63,756 nucleotides of DNA from Nanobdellota archaeon (GTDB taxonomy: Archaea > Nanobdellota > Nanobdellia > Woesearchaeales > JAHIVG01). Each line of letters starts with the position of its first letter. The stretch's first letter is position 1. This document shows, piece after piece, positions 51,510 through 59,796 of the stretch. The notes beneath the pieces were generated by a model. That model was not told the origin of the DNA. It worked only from the letters and a program-made list of their open reading frames with translations, and did not search any database. The stretch lies in the NCBI GenBank assembly GCA_018816705.1, contig JAHIVG010000004.1, forward strand, positions 1-63,756, in the 5' to 3' direction. The position numbers were made by a program, and so were the translations under genes.

Positions 51510-54500
51510 ACCCTAGAAAAGGATTCGTGTTCACCCTCGACTCGATGCTGGGAGCCACGCTCCTCCTCTTAGGGATTGCGGTGTTCTCGCTCTTCTTCAT
51601 CACCGAGGTCGACACGACACAGCCCACTCTCCTCTCGCAGGACTCCATAGATTTCCTCTCTGAGATGGGCATGGTGGAGATCGATGCTCCTGTCCTGCAC
51701 GACCTGAGGGAAATCGGTCCTTCACTGGACACAGACCTTTCAGTATTGGAGCAGATAGCCCTCTTCTGGGTCAAAGAGGAGCATGACGCAGCCTACGATC
51801 TCTCAAGATATGTCTTCGAAAAGATGATCCCTCCGCAGTACGGCTACAGCATCGTCGTAGGCGGAGAGGAGATATATTCAAGGGCCAAGCCTGGCAACAA
51901 GACCCTGGTCAGCTCCAAGAAGACTGTTACCGGCATCGAGAAGGACAAGGAGGTGGAGAGGTTCTTGACCTATGCCCACCTGACAGGCATGGACACATAC
52001 TTATACGACAGGTATGTCTACTTCGGAGGCTTCACCGGCCAGGGCAACATCACTGTCGCCATCGACCTGCCGGAATACATCAACATCACCAACGTCACCA
52101 TAGAGGGTGCTTTCAGCCACAACTTCTCGCTGTTCATCAACAGCACATGGGCAGGCTACTACAACTTCACAGATGATGACCCCATGAAGGCCGAGACCTT
52201 CTGGGTGAACTACTCATATTTCAACGATTTCGAACGCGGCAACATCACCATGATGCACATCAGGTTCAACACCTCAGACCTTGGTTATATCGGCGGTGGC
52301 TACATCAAGGTAAGGATGAACATGAGCACCAACCAGAGCAACATGACGCCGCAGTTCACCGAGTATCACGGCGAAAGCTACCTGCAGCGCCACTATTTCC
52401 CGCAGGTGGACGGCTTCGTCAACCAGTACGGCTCTTACTACTTCCCACCGAGGCTGCTGAACATCTCAGGCATGCTCCACTACCGCTCTGACATAGGCCA
52501 GGTTGACAATGTCTCCCTCAAGCTCATCATCGGCAACGAGAGCATCTTCAACGACACATCATTCTATGGTGATGAGATCGTCAAGCTCGTACCTGATAAC
52601 TTCTCCGGCCTCAACCTGGCTCTTCTTGCGGGCAAGAACGTGCCCATGCGCTTCGGCTGGATTGGCGCAAACTTCTCCTTCGGCGGCGTGAAGGCAGTGC
52701 TGATCACTGACTTGTCAACCAGTATGGACTATGATATTCCCCAGACCGGAGGCGGTGAGGTAAGGGGATGTGATGATCCTCTGCTGTATGATGACTCGAC
52801 CGAGAGGCTGTCGCTGGCGAAATGCCTGGACAAAGATTTCGTTAACAACTTGCTAGATGAGTCTTTACACTCTAACGTAGGACTTGTATCGTTCTCGACC
52901 AGGTCTGACAGGTTCACCGAGCTCCGGGATGATGCTGCCATGCTTATCGGAGACATTGACGAATACGAGACAATAAGCGCCACCTGCATCGCCTGCGGCA
53001 TATTCAAGGCCATCGAGCTGCTCAAGGAATATGACATCCTTCTCCCAAAACACAGCGACTACAAGTACAACCTGGACTTTATCCTCCCTGGCAATGACCC
53101 TCCAGCAGGATGGAAAGACCTGGCATTCAACGACGATGACTGGCTCACGGGCACTGCTCCATTCGGTTTTGGATTTGATGGGATAAATACTAACATCGAC
53201 CGAACAATGATGAATCCCACTTATGAATACCGACCGATATCCTATTGCTATTATCCTTCAGGGACTGATTGTGCCGGTTTCCTGACATGTTCCCCAGCCC
53301 TTGTGAACACTGATGATGAGATCAACCAATGTTTACTGAACGACACCACTCAAGCTCCTGCAGTCTTCCAGGTCGGTGACACTTCCAGCACTCCCACGAG
53401 CAAGGTCTCTTATCCTGAGGAGACCAAAGTACAGCATGTCAACGACCTGTACAGGTTCCCGGCGTGCGACAGGGTGACAGAATACTGTTTCAGATTCGAC
53501 ACGACGCCAAATGTCTGGCAGCAAAAGCCCCCACCTTCCGCGGATTTCATCATTTTCAGGCCCTTCTCTGACAGGTATGAAAAGGTTTATTCGTTCCAAA
53601 GGAGCCTTAGTAAGGAATTCGACCTCAACACCGGCAGGAAGGTATGCTATAACCCTAACCAAAAGATAAAGATTCTTGATGGCGACGTCATTGGCCTGTT
53701 CACCAACTTCGGCGAGATCTACGACACTGCTCCGAGCGGAGGCACACAGATACGGAAGCAAGGCCTACACGACGAATTACTTTACTCGGATCCCACAAGG
53801 GGCGGGCGGCTGATGGTAGGGATGAAATGCGAGCAGGACAGGCAGCAGCGCAACATAACCGCAGTATTCGGCACAGACGGATTCTCAGACCGTGATGCCA
53901 AGAACTTGCTCACAGAGATAGACATACTTCCGGAAGAGGATGTCACTTACAAGATAACTTATGCAATATATTCCGCTTCTGGAACATTTAGAGGTTGGCG
54001 CGATGTGTGTGATGGATCGCTTGAAAAGGGTGTCGTGACACACCTGGAATGCCTGGCGCCGGCTCTTCCTGATAATGATAGATATTTTTCTTCGATGCTC
54101 AATAAAGCTTACATGCAGCTTGAGATCCTCTTCGACTGCGAGAGCTGCACATCAGGCAAGGTCCACATCGACTATGTGGGCATAACTGCAATCACCTCTT
54201 CTGGCGACCTGTATTTCAGGAAGAAGTTTGATGTCTCAGAGCAATATGATGAGGTCATACTTGAAGTGTTAGACGACGACAGCGCCACGGTATATATTGA
54301 TGGTGTGCAGATTCCCACAAATGACTACCTCGGCAGGGACTGGTTTCACTTCAGGAATCTGACTGGACCACGGATTCCCAGCCCAGGCCGGCACATCCTT
54401 GCCGTAAAGCTTGAGAACCAAGACATCGATTCGATGTCCTTCGATTCCCAGCTCAAGACCCCTGCACCGAGGAACTCTTCGATTCCAAGGGCCATGGTCG

Positions 54501-55591
54501 TCATGAGCGATGGAGTAGCCAATATGTGCTATCCCACTGGTTTGTGCGGCTCTATATTGAATCCTCCAATCATTGACCCTGCACAGCAGGCGAGAGATTT
54601 CGCCTGTGAAGCATTCATCAAGCACGGAATCAGGATATACAGCATCGGATTCGCTGTTAGTGGCAGCGGCCTCACGACGCTTGAGAATATCGCTGCATGC
54701 GACGACGAAAATCATTTCTACCAATCCCAGGACCCTGAGGAGCTCCAGGAGATCTATGACACCCTAGCAGAGGACATCGCCAAGCTAGGCTACGAGGCAC
54801 AGGCCGCATCCATCTTAGGTGATGTGGAGAGCATCCTCTACAACGACTCCTACCTGGAGTTCAACATCTCTACGGGAAGCGATCCCATATCCACAGGACT
54901 GATCCCCCTCACCGTCCAGACCCCTCCATTCGGCAACAACATCTCGGAACTGAACATCTCGTTGAGGGACGGCATGATCATCCAGGATGCCAGGATAACA
55001 TCATACTCCGGCGACAAGTGGACCAGGCTCGTCTGGATCAACAACTCTCTCGAGAACCTTACAGTCTTCAACCTGACTGACTTCGGAAGGGACTATGTCC
55101 TGCTCGGAGACCCGTTCATCATCGAGTTCCCCCCGGATGCCCTCAGGGGTGGAGGCAACATGATACACTCAGACACAGGCATCACGCCGACTGGACTCAC
55201 TAACGGTTCGCCCAGCAACCGCCTCATATTCACAACCCTAATCTCGCCCAGGTCAAGGAGCCTCGGCCTCGGAGATTATGAGGAAGGGTGCGGATGGAAC
55301 ATCGAATTCGAAGACGACCTGAAGAAGCTCATGCTCACCCCTCAACATTACGCAGGGCCGCTTGTATGCGCATACAACTCCACAAACCACACCCTGCAAG
55401 ACAACGCCTATGACGGGAACAATTCCATGCATATCGCGCTGCACGACCTCCTGAGCAGGCTGGATTTCGACCAGGACGGACGCCTTGACGTGGAGATCGG
55501 CGAGCCCAACCTTCTGATCAAGACCGCGACCACTGACAGGATACCCAACCTCTGGGGGCCGACGCTGGTGGAGGTGAAGATCTGGCAATGA
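51500..55591 (+). CDS. Giant pilin-anchored vWA-domain protein, paralog A (1363 aa)
   Basis: N-terminus MGLDPRKG|FVFTLDSMLGATLLLLGIAVFSLFF. vWA MIDAS AVLITDLSTSM (D404), ..VGLVSFS.., ..TCIACGI.. then, about 480 aa later, ..MVVMSDGVAN (D1004), ..IYSIGFA.. and ..LQEIYDTLAEDI. About 18 N-x-S/T sequons in residues 180-400. C-terminal DFDQDGRLD. Confidence 0.8.
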   Translation: MGLDPRKGFVFTLDSMLGATLLLLGIAVFSLFFITEVDTTQPTLLSQDSIDFLSEMGMVEIDAPVLHDLREIGPSLDTDLSVLEQIALFWVKEEHDAAYDLSRYVFEKMIPPQYGYSIVVGGEEIYSRAKPGNKTLVSSKKTVTGIEKDKEVERFLTYAHLTGMDTYLYDRYVYFGGFTGQGNITVAIDLPEYINITNVTIEGAFSHNFSLFINSTWAGYYNFTDDDPMKAETFWVNYSYFNDFERGNITMMHIRFNTSDLGYIGGGYIKVRMNMSTNQSNMTPQFTEYHGESYLQRHYFPQVDGFVNQYGSYYFPPRLLNISGMLHYRSDIGQVDNVSLKLIIGNESIFNDTSFYGDEIVKLVPDNFSGLNLALLAGKNVPMRFGWIGANFSFGGVKAVLITDLSTSMDYDIPQTGGGEVRGCDDPLLYDDSTERLSLAKCLDKDFVNNLLDESLHSNVGLVSFSTRSDRFTELRDDAAMLIGDIDEYETISATCIACGIFKAIELLKEYDILLPKHSDYKYNLDFILPGNDPPAGWKDLAFNDDDWLTGTAPFGFGFDGINTNIDRTMMNPTYEYRPISYCYYPSGTDCAGFLTCSPALVNTDDEINQCLLNDTTQAPAVFQVGDTSSTPTSKVSYPEETKVQHVNDLYRFPACDRVTEYCFRFDTTPNVWQQKPPPSADFIIFRPFSDRYEKVYSFQRSLSKEFDLNTGRKVCYNPNQKIKILDGDVIGLFTNFGEIYDTAPSGGTQIRKQGLHDELLYSDPTRGGRLMVGMKCEQDRQQRNITAVFGTDGFSDRDAKNLLTEIDILPEEDVTYKITYAIYSASGTFRGWRDVCDGSLEKGVVTHLECLAPALPDNDRYFSSMLNKAYMQLEILFDCESCTSGKVHIDYVGITAITSSGDLYFRKKFDVSEQYDEVILEVLDDDSATVYIDGVQIPTNDYLGRDWFHFRNLTGPRIPSPGRHILAVKLENQDIDSMSFDSQLKTPAPRNSSIPRAMVVMSDGVANMCYPTGLCGSILNPPIIDPAQQARDFACEAFIKHGIRIYSIGFAVSGSGLTTLENIAACDDENHFYQSQDPEELQEIYDTLAEDIAKLGYEAQAASILGDVESILYNDSYLEFNISTGSDPISTGLIPLTVQTPPFGNNISELNISLRDGMIIQDARITSYSGDKWTRLVWINNSLENLTVFNLTDFGRDYVLLGDPFIIEFPPDALRGGGNMIHSDTGITPTGLTNGSPSNRLIFTTLISPRSRSLGLGDYEEGCGWNIEFEDDLKKLMLTPQHYAGPLVCAYNSTNHTLQDNAYDGNNSMHIALHDLLSRLDFDQDGRLDVEIGEPNLLIKTATTDRIPNLWGPTLVEVKIWQ

Positions 55592-58500
55592 GAAGGAGGA
55601 AGGGGATATTGTTCACCATTGATGCAGTCCTGGGAGCGACGCTGCTGCTCTTAGGCATATTCATGTACTCGCTCTTCTTCGTGACAGAGGAGGAGACCAC
55701 CCAGTCCGCCTACTTCTCCCGCGACGCCGTCGACTTCCTGGCGCAGGTGAGGATGGACGAGCTGGACTTCCGTTTCCTGCACGACCTTAACAGGATCTCC
55801 TTGTCTATCGATCCTGACATCAGCGTCCTCGAGCAGATGGCTCTCTTATGGGTCAAGGGGGAGTACGAGGCATCGCAGCTGCTGTGCAACTATACTTTCC
55901 TTGAGCTCATACCCGAGCAGTACGGCTTCGAGATAAGGGTCGGCAATGACGTCGTGTGCAACCGCTACAAACCGGGTAGCGAGACCGTTATCACCTCCAA
56001 GAGGAGCATCTCCGGCATCGAGAAGTCCCAGCAGACAGAGAGGTTCCTGTCGTATGCGCATCTTACCGGCATGGACAACTTCCTGATGGACTTCTACACC
56101 TATTTCCAGGGGTTCACCGGCCAGGGCAACATCACCGTGCTCATGGAGGTCCCTGAGTTCATCTCCATAAGGAACGTGATCATCGAGGGCTCTTTCAGCG
56201 ACAATTTCGAGTTCCATATAAACGGGAACGGGTCAGGCAACTTCACGACCAACAGGACGAATCCTCTCGGTGCTGAGACCTTCATCATCGACCCCGTGCA
56301 TTTCAGCAATTTCGGTGGGGAGAACAGGACCTCGTTCTCGATAAGGTTCAACTCGAGCGAAGGGCAGCTCGGATACATCGGCGGCGGTTATATCCGGGTC
56401 ACGGCCAACATCAGCGCCAACAACACCCACCTGAAGGAGGGCATGAGGCAGTTCACGCATATAGCGAATGACACGTTGATAACAAGATATTACCTTCCGC
56501 AGGTCGAGGGGGTGATCAATCTCTATGGGTCTTATTACTTCCCCCCTGATATCTCGAACTTATCTGCTAGCCTGCACTACAAGTCAGACATCGGCCAGTT
56601 AGACGATGTTTATCTCCAACTGGTCTTGGCGAACCAGACGATCTTCTTCGACGAGAACTTCACAGGAGAGGAGACAATCGACCTCGACCCCGAGCGTTTC
56701 TCAGCGCTCAATCTCAGCAAGCTTGCTGGCAAGAACGTCCCCATGCGCTTCGGCTGGACAGACATCGCACCTTATGGGGGAGGAGGTGTGGATGCCATAC
56801 TCATCACTGATATCTCAGGAAGCATGGCATGGAACATAACTCCTGGAGATGGTTGGTTACGTACGGATGGAGAGACATGGGGGAACGACTGCGATAATAC
56901 CAAGATGTACACGAGCAACAGGACTATGCGCCTTGCCTTGGCAAAATGCCTTGACAAGAGATTCGTCGATATAATCCTCGAAGACCTCAGCCCGAGCAGG
57001 ATGGGCTTGGTATTTTTCTACCATACACTCATTCCCTTATACACAAATGTTGTCCCTTTAAAGGATTATACAAGCAGGTCGTACTTGCATAATAAAATCG
57101 ATGCAATTGACAATCCTGTAGGGAACACTTGTGTCTCATGCGGCATCTATAAGGCGATGGAACTGCTTTTCAAGCCTGGAACGCCAATCCCTGCTGAAAG
57201 CCAATGGAAATACACTCTTGAATATCCCGATGCTGCACCTCCAGGAAACTGGGATGCGCTGGAATATGATGATGGATCATGGCCGCAAGGGCAGATGCCT
57301 ATCGGCTTCGGTCCTGATTCGAACACTGTCATCGACCCGCTGTACATGGGCGGTGATCTGATGAGGGATTCTGTAGATGTGATTCCGAGTTACAGCCTGT
57401 TCAGCGGGGAATCCTGCTGGGGTGATGGCTCCATGCTTCAGAATCTCGACGGTAACTTCCTTTGCCTCCAGAACACCAGCCCATCGCTGAATTGGGTTCA
57501 GATGGTCGGTGATGTATCCCAGCAGGCTAACCGGCTCGGCATATACGATATTGAGACGCTAGTGCAGGACTCGAATGATATGTACAAGATCCCCTATTAT
57601 TGCGGTCAGTTGGATGACTTCAGGTTCTTCTTCAATGTCGTGCCTGGTGTCTGGTCAGACAGGGTCTTCGTGGAATTCCTTGTGCTGCGGCCGTTCTACG
57701 ATCCAGGCCTGAAGTATGAGGTGAAGCACTCTTTCAGGAAGCGCCTGACGACCTATGAGGCCGTTGGCTCTCCTGAGGTTGGAAATAATTCGGAATATCT
57801 CGGCCCGCCGAGCGCTCGGACTTTCGTGCCTAACGGATTCCCACTGACCGACATCCAGGAAGGCGATGTCCTCGGCCTGTACACCTCATTTCCCCCACTC
57901 AAGGTCAGGAAACCAGGCACCGGAAGGCTCCTCTATGAATCCGGGTATGAGGACATCATTGATGACAGCCAGAGCCAGGAAATGAGACAGTTGACGATAG
58001 GCGCGAAATGCAACATGTCGATAAGACCCACCATATCTACGACCTTCAAGTCCGAACCATTTACTGATATAGAGGAGTATGATTATATCGAGGCCGAGAT
58101 TAATTTTATGCCAGAGGAGGACCTATGGTATGATATCTTCTTCTTCAATACCTCAGACCTTGAATGGGTATGGGCATGTTCAGGCCATGTCGAAGCTACA
58201 GGTGAGATTTTCGAGGAGGACTGTAGGCTGAACGTCAATCCACCCTCAGATTTCTTCAACGCCGAGTCGAGAATCAGCATAAAGCTCGATTTCATCTTTG
58301 ATTCATATTGCAGGAGCGGCCCCTGTACAGCCCATCAGGTAAAATTGGATGAGATTGATTTTGTAGGTGTAGAATCGAATGGGACGATATATCTGAGGAA
58401 GACCTTCAACGTCAACCAGTCGCAGTTCGCGGATCCCACTTTACGATTGAGATCAGATGACCGCGCTGATATGTACATCAATGGGCAACGGATCGACGGC

Positions 58501-59796
58501 GGCTGGACGCCTTATCCAGGACTGGAATGGGATGAAGAGATAAACTTATTTGAAGACCTGTTCCACCCGGGCGAGAACATGATTTCTGCGATTGTCTATA
58601 ACCAGGATGCATCATCATTGGATTTCGACGCCGAGATCCATTTCGGGGATTACCCTCAGGACAACAAGAGGAGGGCTATGCTGGTGATGAGCGATGGAGA
58701 GGCAAACACATGTTTGCCGGGTGGTTTTGGGACCTGCATTAACGGATTTTCTGCCGGGAATGAGACCATAAACCTGTCATGCAGGGCTCATGATCAATAT
58801 GGGATAGATGTCTACACCATAGGTTTCGCCCTGGATCCTTCACGTGATCCTGAAGCGATTGACATCCTCAATCAATCTGCCTGCTGCGATAATTGCTCAC
58901 ATTTCTATTCGAGCCAGTCCGCTGAAGAGCTGGTTCAGATCTATCAGGAAATCGCCCAAGAGTTACGGGGCCTTGAATATATCTCGCAGTCAGCCCTCAT
59001 CGAGGGCAACATCTTCAGCATCCTCTACAACGACTCCTATCTCGAGGTAAACTCCACCGTGCCCGAAGCCTTCACGATCAAGGGCCAGATACCTATCACC
59101 GTCCAATCACCGAGGTTCGGGAACAATGACACCGAGTTCACCGCGTCCTTCGGCCCCAACATCCATATCCTAGACGCGCGGCTCACGTCCTACTCCGCAG
59201 ACAGGTGGACAGACCTGGCATGGGTCTACAACCAGTACGGGAACCACACCATATTCGACCTCTCGAATTTCAGCATGAGATACCAGCTGATGGGCGACCC
59301 ATACATAATAGAGATAAACCCCGCCTATCTCGCTCCCGGCAACAACACCTTCCGCATAGAGACAGCCTACAGCCCCACCAACAGGAGCGGGGGCTCTCCG
59401 GACAACTCGCTCATATACACCACCCTGGTCTCACCTAATGCCATGACAGAGGGCCTCGGAGGATACTTCGAGGGGTGCAACTGGACATTGCAGTTCGAGG
59501 ACCTGACGAACTCGAGCATCCTCGTCCCGTCAACCTATGACGGGAAGCATAGATGCGCCTATTCTGCCCTCAATCACTCTGAAGGCAACTGTGTCCTCTA
59601 CAATGATTGTTCCTACGACCGTAACAATTCCATAGACAACGCCATGCACACCCTGCTTGAGCGGCTCGACTTCGACAAGGACGGCCTCATAGATATGGAC
59701 CTCGACCAGGCCAGCATCCAGGTCGAGACGGCCACCGTGCCCGACATCCCCTCGCTCCTCGGGCCGGAGATGCTTGAGGTGAGACTATGGCAATGA
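55588..59796 (+). CDS. Giant pilin-anchored vWA-domain protein, paralog B (1402 aa)
   Basis: N-terminus MRRRKG|ILFTIDAVLGATLLLLGIFMYSLFF. AILITDISGSM (D408) ... AMLVMSDGEAN (D1036), ..VYTIGFA.. and ..LVQIYQEIAQEL. Collinear with paralog A throughout. ATGA overlap with A. Confidence 0.8.
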   Translation: MRRRKGILFTIDAVLGATLLLLGIFMYSLFFVTEEETTQSAYFSRDAVDFLAQVRMDELDFRFLHDLNRISLSIDPDISVLEQMALLWVKGEYEASQLLCNYTFLELIPEQYGFEIRVGNDVVCNRYKPGSETVITSKRSISGIEKSQQTERFLSYAHLTGMDNFLMDFYTYFQGFTGQGNITVLMEVPEFISIRNVIIEGSFSDNFEFHINGNGSGNFTTNRTNPLGAETFIIDPVHFSNFGGENRTSFSIRFNSSEGQLGYIGGGYIRVTANISANNTHLKEGMRQFTHIANDTLITRYYLPQVEGVINLYGSYYFPPDISNLSASLHYKSDIGQLDDVYLQLVLANQTIFFDENFTGEETIDLDPERFSALNLSKLAGKNVPMRFGWTDIAPYGGGGVDAILITDISGSMAWNITPGDGWLRTDGETWGNDCDNTKMYTSNRTMRLALAKCLDKRFVDIILEDLSPSRMGLVFFYHTLIPLYTNVVPLKDYTSRSYLHNKIDAIDNPVGNTCVSCGIYKAMELLFKPGTPIPAESQWKYTLEYPDAAPPGNWDALEYDDGSWPQGQMPIGFGPDSNTVIDPLYMGGDLMRDSVDVIPSYSLFSGESCWGDGSMLQNLDGNFLCLQNTSPSLNWVQMVGDVSQQANRLGIYDIETLVQDSNDMYKIPYYCGQLDDFRFFFNVVPGVWSDRVFVEFLVLRPFYDPGLKYEVKHSFRKRLTTYEAVGSPEVGNNSEYLGPPSARTFVPNGFPLTDIQEGDVLGLYTSFPPLKVRKPGTGRLLYESGYEDIIDDSQSQEMRQLTIGAKCNMSIRPTISTTFKSEPFTDIEEYDYIEAEINFMPEEDLWYDIFFFNTSDLEWVWACSGHVEATGEIFEEDCRLNVNPPSDFFNAESRISIKLDFIFDSYCRSGPCTAHQVKLDEIDFVGVESNGTIYLRKTFNVNQSQFADPTLRLRSDDRADMYINGQRIDGGWTPYPGLEWDEEINLFEDLFHPGENMISAIVYNQDASSLDFDAEIHFGDYPQDNKRRAMLVMSDGEANTCLPGGFGTCINGFSAGNETINLSCRAHDQYGIDVYTIGFALDPSRDPEAIDILNQSACCDNCSHFYSSQSAEELVQIYQEIAQELRGLEYISQSALIEGNIFSILYNDSYLEVNSTVPEAFTIKGQIPITVQSPRFGNNDTEFTASFGPNIHILDARLTSYSADRWTDLAWVYNQYGNHTIFDLSNFSMRYQLMGDPYIIEINPAYLAPGNNTFRIETAYSPTNRSGGSPDNSLIYTTLVSPNAMTEGLGGYFEGCNWTLQFEDLTNSSILVPSTYDGKHRCAYSALNHSEGNCVLYNDCSYDRNNSIDNAMHTLLERLDFDKDGLIDMDLDQASIQVETATVPDIPSLLGPEMLEVRLWQ

